Below are positions 38,031-49,526 of a DNA stretch of 52,377 nt, piece after piece. Below the pieces are notes generated by a model, which had not been told where the DNA came from, ran no database searches, and saw nothing but the letters and a program-made list of their open reading frames with translations. Source of the stretch: a virus. The DNA lies in IMG/VR virus record IMGVR_UViG_3300024239_000355, positions 1 through 52,377 of that record. One strand, written 5' to 3'. Within the stretch, counting starts at the first letter, position 1. Every line of letters begins with the position of its first letter. A program made the position numbers and the translations under genes.

Positions 38031-38438
38031 ATGCACATACACGAAATTGTTGAGAATGATGGGGTGGGCTGGTTATTTCACGGAACAAGTTTGAGGAATT
38101 TGCAAAGTATTATCGAAACCGGGATCGTCCCGGCTGAACCACCAGACTATTGCTGGCCTGAGTTTGATGACATGCTTGACGATGACGATGACGATGCCGA
38201 TAGTTCGCTTCCACCAGAAGCGTTTGAAAAACGAGCATTTTTTACAGAATCATTTAGAAGTGCATCGGAATACGCGGGAAATTATAATGATGGGATTGTC
38301 CTCCGCGTCCCGTTTGATTGTGCCAATTTTGGCGAGGGAGAAACCGATGAACCTTACTATTTCACGCGGGACACCGTACCGCCATCTGTAATACAAGCAT
38401 TCGTTAATAAGCAATGGATACAAATTTCAGGGTTGTGA
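38031..38438 (+). CDS. ART-like (KptA/Tpt1-like) protein with MHIHEIVE leader
   Basis: LFHGTS..NLQSI...GI, FFT, VPPSVI. Confidence 0.65.
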   Translation: MHIHEIVENDGVGWLFHGTSLRNLQSIIETGIVPAEPPDYCWPEFDDMLDDDDDDADSSLPPEAFEKRAFFTESFRSASEYAGNYNDGIVLRVPFDCANFGEGETDEPYYFTRDTVPPSVIQAFVNKQWIQISGL

Positions 38439-38466
38439 TAATAACGGATACGCTATTTGGTTGATT

Positions 38467-38871
38467 TTAAGGCAGTCGGTTACTAAACGTCTTAATGAAA
38501 TCTTCCCACGGGATAGCCCCGCCGACTGCGGGGTTACCTAGGGATTGAACCACCGCGTACCCATCCATTGTATGGAGGAAGCGCCAGGGGTTGTTGTTTT
38601 TGTCGGTGATCTTGATGGCACGACCTTCGTTGAGATCACGGATCATGTCCCATTCTTTGGCTCGTAAGGTACAGCCACCATATTCACTGGGGAATTTGAT
38701 TACTCGGAATGTCAACGTCTTGGACGGTGCCAGTTCCATGAGTTCATCTGCCTCAAGCTCCCGTTTGGTGAGTTCGAGCAAGCCATGTGACGACAGAATT
38801 GCGGCGCCAGACGTGATTTTATCGCGGGTGACTTGGGTATGACCTTGGGGGAGTAAATCTTTGAAACGCAT
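38467..38871 (-). CDS. late protein with MRFKDLL start
   Basis: TAAATA 5 nt upstream. Confidence 0.6.
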   Translation of the reverse strand: MRFKDLLPQGHTQVTRDKITSGAAILSSHGLLELTKRELEADELMELAPSKTLTFRVIKFPSEYGGCTLRAKEWDMIRDLNEGRAIKITDKNNNPWRFLHTMDGYAVVQSLGNPAVGGAIPWEDFIKTFSNRLP

Positions 38872-38933
38872 GCATGTATTTAGACAAAAAGAAAGGGGCG
38901 CTGGAAACAGCGCCCCTTCGCTTTTCCGGTTGA

Positions 38934-39911
38934 TTACCGGTCCAGCGGATCGATACGTGCGTAGTCGGCGTTGATCTTCTTGGCGGCATTGCGGATGGCA
39001 GTGGTTACCGGGTCCAGCATGCCCTTGCCGTTCAGCATGTCCGCGAGGGGCTTGCTGATGCCGATGGCGGAACGCACGGACATGGTGTCGCGGTCGCCCC
39101 AGCCCAGCAGGTTCTTGAACAGCTTGGAGCGGACCTGAACCTTTTCGTACACGCCGTCGTCGTCCAGATCACCGTCGCGAACGGTCGCCAGGGTCATCTT
39201 GGTACCCTTTACGCCCGCAGTCGGGTCCACGTCCTTCTGCATGAAGTCAGAAGTTGGGGAGCCGACGTAGAAAATGCCATCGACTTCATAGGTATTGCCG
39301 TCCTTGGAATTCAGCGCATCCACGCATTCCTTCCACGACCGCTTCTCGACCACCCGGTTGGCAGCGACATCGGCATAGTCGTCTTCCAGCTTGGCGAAAG
39401 CCTGGATTGTCAGAGCGCCGCCCGAATTCTTGCGGACGCACAGATTGCCCTTCTTCTCAAAATCATCGATGTGGTCGAAATTACCACCCTGACGAGTGAT
39501 GAGCAGAACCGGTTCGTCGTAGATATTGGCGACCTTTTCGACCACCGACTTGAAGTCGGTCAGGACGGCAGTGCCATCGGTTTGGTAGACCACGATATGA
39601 CAGGGGTACTGCTGACCACGAAAGGTGACCGGATTTATACCGGTCTTGATGGCGTTGGCACCCTTGATATTGGCGGTGGTGCCATCGGTGGCGATGACAT
39701 TACCACGGAAGCCATTGCTTTCCAGATGGTTGGCGATGGTCTGACCAATCTTCCAGTAGCCGCCGCCTTCTTCACCCGTGCAGATGTTCAGCACGGGGGC
39801 ACCGTTGACCACCTTCAGCGAGTTGTAGGGATTCGACTGCGCCATGGCGGACGTGGCGCCGAGGGCGAGAATGGCGCCCGCGATGGCGCCGAGAAACTTG
39901 ATACTGCGCAT
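38934..39911 (-). CDS. exported solute-binding-like protein (TAXI-like)
   Basis: Signal peptide ending AMA; ICTGEEGGGY, TDGTTANI, YDEPVLLITR, NSGG. Confidence 0.65.
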   Translation of the reverse strand: MRSIKFLGAIAGAILALGATSAMAQSNPYNSLKVVNGAPVLNICTGEEGGGYWKIGQTIANHLESNGFRGNVIATDGTTANIKGANAIKTGINPVTFRGQQYPCHIVVYQTDGTAVLTDFKSVVEKVANIYDEPVLLITRQGGNFDHIDDFEKKGNLCVRKNSGGALTIQAFAKLEDDYADVAANRVVEKRSWKECVDALNSKDGNTYEVDGIFYVGSPTSDFMQKDVDPTAGVKGTKMTLATVRDGDLDDDGVYEKVQVRSKLFKNLLGWGDRDTMSVRSAIGISKPLADMLNGKGMLDPVTTAIRNAAKKINADYARIDPLDR

Positions 39912-39990
39912 GGCTTTTGCTTCTCTCCGGTGACGGGATGTCACTAGATCGGAATAATAGCATGCAATTTTAGGCTGTCAAGTCTGTAAT

Positions 39991-40264
39991 AGGAAGAAAA
40001 GATAGAGAGGGGATAGCTCTAAACAACAAACAATCCAAACTGAAGCGTCTGGATGCCCTTGCGGGTCAATACAAGCTACAACGTGCAACAAACATCCGCC
40101 CGTGACCATAAACAACGAACAGCGGTTTTTGTGTCATGATGACGACGGTCACAAAAGCGTTTGGCGCGAGCCATCTTTGTTGAATAGTAATTGCACAAAT
40201 GCAATTACAGACCTCTCGAACCATAAGTTACGAGAGGTGAGCTTCCTTTCTCTCTATCTCTCTC
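39991..40264 (-). ncRNA. candidate structured ncRNA
   Basis: Ends pair (GATAGAGAG/CTCTCTATC, GGAAGCTC/GAGCTATCC); internal hairpins; TTGTT repeats. Confidence 0.5.
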
Positions 40265-40306
40265 GATTTGGGGTAGTTGTTCTACACCCGCCTCAATTCT
40301 TGGGGA

Positions 40307-40879
40307 TTAGATGATCCCTAGCGAACGAAGAAACTCAGCGTCCTCGTTCTCAATCTCGATCTCACTGCGAACATTGAGACTGAGTAACGTATCGTCAATC
40401 TCACGAACGCGCCGAGTAGCATGGAGGTTATGTGCCTCCAAAGCTTCGATGTCCGTCTTCTGAAGAACATTTGCCGTGATGGCTTCTTTACCGTGGTAGT
40501 AACCATCTCGATTCATTTTGGCCCGTTCAGATTCAAGCGACCGGGTGAGATGGTCAAGACCTTCAAATGCCTTGGCTTTATCAACCAATTTCAAGCGGCG
40601 AGTATTGCCACTCACCAATTTGGATTTTTCGGTCAGTAAACCATTGATACCGGTTTGGGCATTGGTAGTGCCAATTGCTTCCCGAATGCTGTATCGAATA
40701 CTCTCAAGGCGTTCAGCCTTTTCGAGGTTTGCAAGAACATCGGTTCTTGCCGCGTCTACGTCAGCAATTGCGTCCGTAACATGTACACTCACTTCGGTCG
40801 TGGAAGTGAGGGAAATTCGCTTCAACGCGTTCTCAATCTCTTTCTGGATCGCGTTGGCTTTGCGAAGGGAAACCTTCAT
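40307..40879 (-). CDS. long coiled-coil protein
   Basis: MKVSLRKANAIQ...IDDTLLSLNVRSEIEI helical hairpin. Confidence 0.7.
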   Translation of the reverse strand: MKVSLRKANAIQKEIENALKRISLTSTTEVSVHVTDAIADVDAARTDVLANLEKAERLESIRYSIREAIGTTNAQTGINGLLTEKSKLVSGNTRRLKLVDKAKAFEGLDHLTRSLESERAKMNRDGYYHGKEAITANVLQKTDIEALEAHNLHATRRVREIDDTLLSLNVRSEIEIENEDAEFLRSLGII

Positions 40880-41104
40880 GTGCAAATCACCTGTATTTTG
40901 TTCATAGGTGAACCTATTTAAAATTCGGTTCGTATTCAATAAAGAAATGCGGTAAAAATACGATTTCCAGTTAGTACCGGTTACATTCGCTAATATTTGG
41001 GTCGTTGCCGTCCCATGTCCCCTTGTTGGAGACGGATTTGATCTGGCTTACGCGGGGTAGACGTTTTGAAAATGGGGGCGGGAAATTTCCCGCCCCCACA
41101 ATCA

Positions 41105-42055
41105 TCAGAAGATCGGACGACCGTTGATCGCTTTGACAAAACCCTGACGATCTAGTGTCAGCCCATGATGAATCGGCTTCGGTAGAGTCAGTGCGCGGCG
41201 GCGGATAAACTGGACTTTCTTCGAAACGTTGGTAGTCACCGAAACAGCTTCGCCCATTTGTACACCATATGGGTAGGTCAAGCTGAATGCCTGATTATAG
41301 GTCATGTTCAGACGATGCCCAATCTCGCCATAGGTGGCACCGGCTTCGCGCATCAGCTTGGCGGCACAGAACAGGATCACCGACAGCGGAACGTTCAGCT
41401 TCGTCGCAATACGCTTGGGGCTAGAAGTTGCGGTCCACATTTCCTTGAATGCCACAAAAGTTTCGTGGTTTTCGGTAGCCTGAATGGCGCGGCGCCACTG
41501 GGTGACATCTCGATTCCACTTAGATTCCTTGGTGGTCAGCGGCTTGATTTCCGCCGGGAGCATGGTCTTCGACGGATCAGCAATTTTCGGCGTCGGGAGC
41601 GGTTTCTTCTTCACTACCACCGGAGTGATGGTGTTGTTGCGGGTGACAGTCAGCGACGGCGACGGTTGACGGGTCTTGATCAGGTCAAGAATGAGTTGAG
41701 CAGTCGTCGGCGCTGGAACTTTTGCCGCATCGACGGTAATCATGCCACGAATCTGTTTACGTTCTGCCAGCTTGCGCTTGGTGATCCCCTGACGGCTGAT
41801 GATGTTACTGATGTTAGTTTCGCTTTCGTTAAGTACATCAGCGATGTGCTGCATGGTCTTGCCGTCTTCTACCCACAGCTTGCGAATGATGCAAAAGCGA
41901 ATGACGGATTTACCAACCTTCAACATACGAGCGATATTGGCACGCGAAATCTTCTTTGTCCACAGGTTAAGGAACTGAGAATAAACGCGATGTTCACCAA
42001 GTTCCGCGATCTCACGAACCAACCTAGTGTCGTCCTGAGTAATAACTGAAACCAT
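41105..42055 (-). CDS. multi-HTH DNA-binding-like protein
   Basis: Internal duplication of paired HTH-like units separated by a Pro/Thr linker. Confidence 0.65.
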   Translation of the reverse strand: MVSVITQDDTRLVREIAELGEHRVYSQFLNLWTKKISRANIARMLKVGKSVIRFCIIRKLWVEDGKTMQHIADVLNESETNISNIISRQGITKRKLAERKQIRGMITVDAAKVPAPTTAQLILDLIKTRQPSPSLTVTRNNTITPVVVKKKPLPTPKIADPSKTMLPAEIKPLTTKESKWNRDVTQWRRAIQATENHETFVAFKEMWTATSSPKRIATKLNVPLSVILFCAAKLMREAGATYGEIGHRLNMTYNQAFSLTYPYGVQMGEAVSVTTNVSKKVQFIRRRALTLPKPIHHGLTLDRQGFVKAINGRPIF

Positions 42056-42130
42056 AGTGGGTATGTCCCATCTCTTTCTGACTACGATGCGGCTAAGAAT
42101 TTCATTAACCGCATCGCTTTGTCAAAATTT

Positions 42131-42829
42131 TTACACCCAGAGCGAATCCATATAACCGCGCATATATTGCTTCGCGGTCATCGTTTTCTCGGTGCCATGA
42201 TGAGTAACCCGGTTGTCTTGGAAACGGATCGTGACAGTTTTATCCCCACGCATTCCGCTCCCGACCTGTGCCTTTCTCTCTTCCGCTATTATGCCAGTGG
42301 TTTCACCACGGGCGGCATGATCTAGCGTCTTCAGGATGGCATCTTTAGCTTCCCGAAGATTAGCGTCACGATGTCTTCCTTGACGTGTCTCAACGATACC
42401 CGTTGGGACATGAATGACACGACACGAGCAAGCTTTTTTATTTCTGTGCTGTCCGCCAGCGCCGGTACCGGAGAACCATTCAACGCGGAAATCGCCTTCT
42501 TCGCGACGGAAGAAAGCGTTGTTGGATTGGACTTGGGGGTTAATGACGGCGACCGTGACCGTCGAGGTATGGACGCGCCCACGGCGTTCCGTTGGTGGAA
42601 TTCGTTGTATCCGTGTTCCACCGGCTTCTTGGTCTAATTTTTCGAGAGAGCGCCCTTCGACTTCGATGGCGATTTCATGATAACCCGCGTCACTGGGTCG
42701 TTCTCGAACGACGCGGTACTTTCAGCCAAAGCGGCTGAACAAACGGGTATAGGCGTCGGCAAGGTCTTTGACGAACATTTGAGCATCGGCACCACCTTCT
42801 GCCGACTTCACTTCGATAACTCGGAGCAT
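42131..42829 (-). CDS. class I peptide release factor (RF1-like, lacking domain 1) with in-frame TGA at 42722-42724
   Basis: AEGGADA, RIPPTERRGRVHTSTVTVAV, GTGAGGQHRNK and QVGSGMRGDK all in one frame across the TGA; GGAG Shine-Dalgarno. Confidence 0.85.
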
Positions 42830-42911
42830 ATATTGTCTCCCATATTTGGGGTTGATATCCGTATATTTATACGCAATAAATAGCTCAAATGCAATTAGGA
42901 GATTCGTTTCT

Positions 42912-43163
42912 ATGGAACCCGAAACCTGGGAAGGGGTTGCCCGCGCCCAAGGTCTGCACGAGGACATAATCAACTACCTCAAGCAAACCAGCGTGTATCT
43001 ACGAAACCATATGGACAATTTTTCGTTTGAACGCAGCACGTCGCTCGCATACCTGAGGTCACAAAGCCGTTCTCTCGGCTTCAGTCCGATCCTCGTGGAA
43101 ATCACCCAGAAACCCGCAAAGCCCGACTACCTTCAGATCACTCGGGAAGTAGTCGCGGTCTAG
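42912..43163 (+). CDS. hypothetical late protein
   Basis: TAAATA and AGGAG upstream. Confidence 0.55.
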   Translation: MEPETWEGVARAQGLHEDIINYLKQTSVYLRNHMDNFSFERSTSLAYLRSQSRSLGFSPILVEITQKPAKPDYLQITREVVAV

Positions 43164-43172
43164 CTGAACAAT

Positions 43173-43200
43173 AAAAAAGGCACCCTCGGGTGCCTTTTTT
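43173..43200. terminator. bidirectional terminator
   Basis: AAAAAAGGCACCC-TC-GGGTGCCTTTTTT between convergent genes. Confidence 0.85.
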
Positions 43201-43201
43201 A

Positions 43202-43621
43202 TTAACCGAGTGCCTTCCGGACACTTGCTAAGATTTCGTCACGGGCAGGGTCCGGTTTAGATATTTCGTCAATAATGGGCTTAATCCATCCGTACATCCG
43301 CTCTTTCAGTGCTACCAAGTCTTCCTGCGACTTGGTTAGCATCTGCTCCAACTCCACGATGGCAGGGATATCCCCGAGTGGGTTCCCGAGCGACTCTTCG
43401 ACCATTGTTTTAATTTCCGCAGCGCGGGTAATGCGCTTGGCGATCCGCTCGATGGTGACATTCAATTCACCTTCCCGGCGATGGTCGCGATACGGATCAT
43501 CCGCAATACAACCACCATACATGATCTGTGGGAATTCCAACCGTCCCAGTGAAGATGTTATATCATCCAATCGAAATTCCAAACGGATTAGATGGTCTGC
43601 AAGAAGTTCAGGTTTGCCCAT
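43202..43621 (-). CDS. hypothetical coiled-coil protein
   Basis: Directly follows the gyrB stop codon. Confidence 0.6.
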   Translation of the reverse strand: MGKPELLADHLIRLEFRLDDITSSLGRLEFPQIMYGGCIADDPYRDHRREGELNVTIERIAKRITRAAEIKTMVEESLGNPLGDIPAIVELEQMLTKSQEDLVALKERMYGWIKPIIDEISKPDPARDEILASVRKALG

Positions 43622-43622
43622 G

Positions 43623-45575
<1,953 letters not shown>

Positions 45576-45825
45576 TTATCCTCTTTGTGCCAAGTTTTTG
45601 CCAAATGCGCCATTGCGCACCCTCTATTTACCCTAGAAGCCTTGGCACATTTCCGTAAACCGCCTGTTTTTTCAATGTATCTAAATGCCAACGGATGTAT
45701 GGTTCGCCGTACACCAAACGACAATCCAAATAGGCATACGCATTCCCTTGAGTATTGGGTCAAACACATTTCGGTTGACCCTAATCGAGCTAGTCGGTAG
45801 TATTCAATAAACTTTTCGTGGGGTT

Positions 45826-46854
45826 GTGATGCGTAACCAGTTCAGGGGTTGCCTTATTGGGACAGCATTAGGGGATGCAGTCGGGTTCATGGTTGAAAAA
45901 CAAATGCCCGAAACGTGTGCGAATTATATTACCGACTGGTATTTGACTGGGAAACTTTCACAGCGTACACGCACTCATGGGTCTGGGGAAAGTCGTATAA
46001 CCTATTCTTTTGGTAGTTACTCGGATGACACCCAGCTTTCGCGTGAACTCATGTTCAGCATGACCGAACACAAGGGCTGGAACCCGGAAGATTACGCTCA
46101 ACGCATCGCTGTCATGTTCAAGGACAACAAGATCGTCGGCGCAGGCAAATCCACCCGTGAGGCGGCAGACCGGCTGAATGCGGGTGTAGTGTGGTCGGAT
46201 GCTGGCGCGGTTGCCCCGGCTGCCGGTAACGGCACTGCGATGCGTGCGGCTCCCATTGGGCTGTTCTATCGCAATGACCACAAGACGCTGATCCGCGTTG
46301 CCAAAGAACAGTCGATCATCACCCACTCCGACCCCCGATGCCAGAGTGGGTCGGTGCTGATCGCCCTGGCGGCGGCGCTCTGTGTCCTCCCCGAGACGGA
46401 ATGGATCAATGATTCTGGGGTGTTTCTGGACACCCTCATGTTGATCGCGGGCGAAAACGACGCCCTGGACCCCGACACCTATCAAGGGCTGCTGGTCCTT
46501 GATGATGTGCGCACGAAGTCGTTTAACGAAGCGGTGGTCGCCATTGCAGGGCTGGATAAGGAACGGGATGTCCAGGCGTGGAAATGGATTTCGCCCTATG
46601 TGACCACGACCGTCATGTGGTCGTTGTGGTGCTTCCTGAACCACATGGACAATTACGAAGCTGCCATGACCGCCGCTGTCATCTGTGGGGGTGATGTAGA
46701 CACAACTGCTAGTATTGTTGGGGGGCTTGTTGGGACTCGTCTTGGATTGGAAGCAATTCCAACTCGGTATCTCCCATTGATCAATGACAACGGCAAGTGT
46801 CGTTATGACGATCTCATTCGTATTGCCGATGATTTTTTCGACGCTTCGCTATGA
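45826..46854 (+). CDS. ADP-ribosylglycohydrolase
   Basis: GTALGDAVG, YSDDT, GNGTAMR and GGDVDT motifs. Confidence 0.9.
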   Translation: MMRNQFRGCLIGTALGDAVGFMVEKQMPETCANYITDWYLTGKLSQRTRTHGSGESRITYSFGSYSDDTQLSRELMFSMTEHKGWNPEDYAQRIAVMFKDNKIVGAGKSTREAADRLNAGVVWSDAGAVAPAAGNGTAMRAAPIGLFYRNDHKTLIRVAKEQSIITHSDPRCQSGSVLIALAAALCVLPETEWINDSGVFLDTLMLIAGENDALDPDTYQGLLVLDDVRTKSFNEAVVAIAGLDKERDVQAWKWISPYVTTTVMWSLWCFLNHMDNYEAAMTAAVICGGDVDTTASIVGGLVGTRLGLEAIPTRYLPLINDNGKCRYDDLIRIADDFFDASL

Positions 46855-46989
46855 AATCCGTCTCCCAAATGGACACAACGGTCTGTGCTTTTTGAACAGT
46901 CTTTACACACCACGAAGTCGTTTGCCGTATAGATGCTCTCTGCTGGCGATCATGGCTGATAAATAGCTAACACCGGTTTGGAGACGCAA

Positions 46990-47313
46990 ATGTCTGATGT
47001 TGAACAAATAAGAAATATTATTACCCTCATTGAAACTTCGGGTAATGTCAAACAAGTACCAAAAATCAGCGATTTTATTGCGAAATTACAAGCGATCAAA
47101 GCGGAGCATGGTGATCTTGAAATTTGGTCGTTTACCCATAGTGATGATTGGTGTGATCCTACCCGATACGATTTAGAGATCGTTGAAGGAAAAGAATTCC
47201 GTGGGTCTTTAGTACCAAACGACAAAACATCTGATTTGTCCAAACGCAGCCGTCATGTTCGTGACATGCATAATAGTGAAACGAAAAAGGTTGTTGCGCT
47301 GCGTCGATTATAA
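46990..47313 (+). CDS. late protein with QIRNIITLIE leader
   Basis: TAAATA at 46960, GGAG Shine-Dalgarno. Confidence 0.6.
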   Translation: MSDVEQIRNIITLIETSGNVKQVPKISDFIAKLQAIKAEHGDLEIWSFTHSDDWCDPTRYDLEIVEGKEFRGSLVPNDKTSDLSKRSRHVRDMHNSETKKVVALRRL

Positions 47314-47385
47314 GACGAAAAAGTCCAGCTTAGGCGCGATTGGCTTCAAAAAGTTGAGGGCGGTATTTAGCCGCCCTCAACCATT

Positions 47386-47706
47386 TTACGCAGCGTTCAC
47401 CACGATAATCTGCATGTTTGCTTTACGGATGGTATCAATTTCGTCCCAGATCGGGCGTAGTTGATCCCAAATACCCGTGATCGCCGCCAGTTTCTTGTGA
47501 ACCACCGCCAATTTCTCCCGGTGGGTCGTGCTGAAGCGGGCGAGCGCATCCGCGTCACCCGAGGCGGACGCCGCCAATACATCCTGTTCCGCCAGTCGGA
47601 CGGCTGCGATATGCGGCGACAATTCGGCAATCATCTGCCGCCGTTGATCGTTCAGCTTGGTGGCGTCCTTGTAAAGCCGACGGTAACGTGCGTCTTCGGT
47701 ATCCAT
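47386..47706 (-). CDS. hypothetical helical protein
   Basis: Translationally coupled to tyrS. Confidence 0.6.
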   Translation of the reverse strand: MDTEDARYRRLYKDATKLNDQRRQMIAELSPHIAAVRLAEQDVLAASASGDADALARFSTTHREKLAVVHKKLAAITGIWDQLRPIWDEIDTIRKANMQIIVVNAA

Positions 47707-48992
47707 TATTTCACCTGTTTCAAACGGACGTGGTTCTTGCGACCTTTGGACAGCTTGGCTTCGCCATCCTCGTTAAAGTCGGCGGGCTGAAGATGGCGTT
47801 CGATCAGCACGACTTCATCATTGAGGCGAACCGAACCCTGTCCAATCTGGCGGCGCGCATCCGATTTGGACGTGGCAAGCTTGCCCTGCACCAGCAGATC
47901 AACGATGGACGGTTTCGGGTTCAGTTCCGAAACTTCCACGGTGGGCATGTCGGCACTCATACCGCCATTGGCGAAGACCGCCTGGGCGGCATCCCACGCT
48001 TCCTTGGCAGCAGTATCGCCACGCACGATCCCGGTCACCGAATTCGCCAAGGTGACCTTGTGATCGTTGATCTGGGACCGATCACCAGTGACGAATGCGG
48101 TGCGCCACCCATCGATCACCACCGGATCAATGTCCGAGAACCGGTCGAGGAACTTGAACACGTCAAGATCATCGACGTTCCGCCAGAACTGCCAGAACTC
48201 GAAGTGGGACAGCTTGTCCGCATTGAGCCAGACCGCGCCGTTGACGGTCTTGCCCATTTTCTCGCCCTTGCTGTTGGTCATCAAGGGATGGGTGATACCG
48301 AAGACTTCGGCACCGGGCACCGACTTGCGCACCAGTTCCGTACCCATGGTGATGTTGCCCCACTGATCGGACCCACCGATTTGGATGTTCACCCCATGCA
48401 GCTTGTGAAGCTGAAGGAAATCGTTTGCCTGGAAGAGGCTGTAGGTGAATTCGAGGAAGGAAATGCCTTCCTCGCTCTGCTGGCGGCGCTTCACGCTTTC
48501 CAGGGCGAGCATGGTGTTGATCGGAATTTTCCGCCCAACGTCCCGCAGGAAATTGACAAGGTTCAGCCCGAGCGTCCAATCGCTGTTGTAGACGACCCAC
48601 GCCGAATCATCTTCGGCACCGGGGTGCAAGCCGAGGACGGACGCAACCGATTTGGTCACGCCACGGCAGTTGCGAATGATGGTTTCGTCGTCCAACAGCG
48701 GGCGCGCACTGTCCTTGCCGCTGGGATCACCGATCCGGGTGGTTGCGGTACCAATCAGCGGGATGACTTTGTGACCGTGCTTGCGGAAGATGCGCAGCAT
48801 CATCAGGGTGGTCAGGTTGCCGACATGCAGGGACTCGGCAGTGCAATCAAACCCAGCATAGACCACCATTGTCTCACCTTTGGTGAGACGTTCGTCCAGA
48901 CCGACGAGATTGGTGCATTGGTTCATGAAACCACGCTGGACCAATTCTTCGATCAGCGGAGACTTCCACTCGGGAATATGCTGGGTAGTCAT
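47706..48992 (-). CDS. tyrS: tyrosine--tRNA ligase
   Basis: YAGFDCT..SLHVGN, QIGGSDQWGNI, KMGKT, S4-like C-terminus. Confidence 0.95.
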   Translation of the reverse strand: MTTQHIPEWKSPLIEELVQRGFMNQCTNLVGLDERLTKGETMVVYAGFDCTAESLHVGNLTTLMMLRIFRKHGHKVIPLIGTATTRIGDPSGKDSARPLLDDETIIRNCRGVTKSVASVLGLHPGAEDDSAWVVYNSDWTLGLNLVNFLRDVGRKIPINTMLALESVKRRQQSEEGISFLEFTYSLFQANDFLQLHKLHGVNIQIGGSDQWGNITMGTELVRKSVPGAEVFGITHPLMTNSKGEKMGKTVNGAVWLNADKLSHFEFWQFWRNVDDLDVFKFLDRFSDIDPVVIDGWRTAFVTGDRSQINDHKVTLANSVTGIVRGDTAAKEAWDAAQAVFANGGMSADMPTVEVSELNPKPSIVDLLVQGKLATSKSDARRQIGQGSVRLNDEVVLIERHLQPADFNEDGEAKLSKGRKNHVRLKQVK

Positions 48993-49110
48993 CTGACCAA
49001 ATCCTAGTTAAAAATGGTCCGCAAGGATATCAGAGATTACCCCAGCCCGTCAATCAGTCGTGTAGTTATGTCGTATGGGACATATTGGCGGCTTATGTTC
49101 TTTGCGACAT

Positions 49111-49138
49111 AAAAAAGCCGCCCGAAGGCGGCTTTTTT
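49111..49138. terminator. intrinsic terminator
   Basis: AAAAAAGCCGCC-CGAA-GGCGGCTTTTTT. Confidence 0.85.
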
Positions 49139-49526
49139 ACTGCTGGTACCCGATGATGGGTACATCAGCGGCTCTCATTTTGTCCCACAACACCATCGCG
49201 GCATGCTTCGGGATGAAGGAGAACCCTTCGATGATTACGGCGTCGTAGATCGAGAAATCATGCTTAACCGCTTTCATTGCCGAAACCGCCGTGACGCCCG
49301 GAAATTCACCACGACCCAGCGCGGGATGACCTACCCACAGGATGCACCAGCACCCCTCGTTATTGAAGGTGCGAATCAACCGACGCTGCAAACCACACCC
49401 GATCCACGGATACGGCAGACGCTTGAACAGATTGACCACCGCTTCCGGTAAATGGGTATTCACCAGAAGCGGAGGTATCTGCATCGGCATGGGATTGAAA
49501 CGTTCAGGGATCATTTCAAACGCCAT
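49137..49526 (-). CDS. hypothetical protein
   Basis: Overlaps the cysS end. Confidence 0.55.
   Translation of the reverse strand: MAFEMIPERFNPMPMQIPPLLVNTHLPEAVVNLFKRLPYPWIGCGLQRRLIRTFNNEGCWCILWVGHPALGRGEFPGVTAVSAMKAVKHDFSIYDAVIIEGFSFIPKHAAMVLWDKMRAADVPIIGYQQ

Noticed and set aside
47688-49007. Long antisense ORFs (also 1219-2202, 21135-22301, 36527-37279, 49652-50500)
   Set aside because: Shadows of GC3-biased genes on the opposite strand, with no motifs or ribosome-binding sites
48993-49110. Tyr leader or T-box upstream of tyrS
   Set aside because: The tiny ORFs there contain no Tyr codons and no T-box motif is evident
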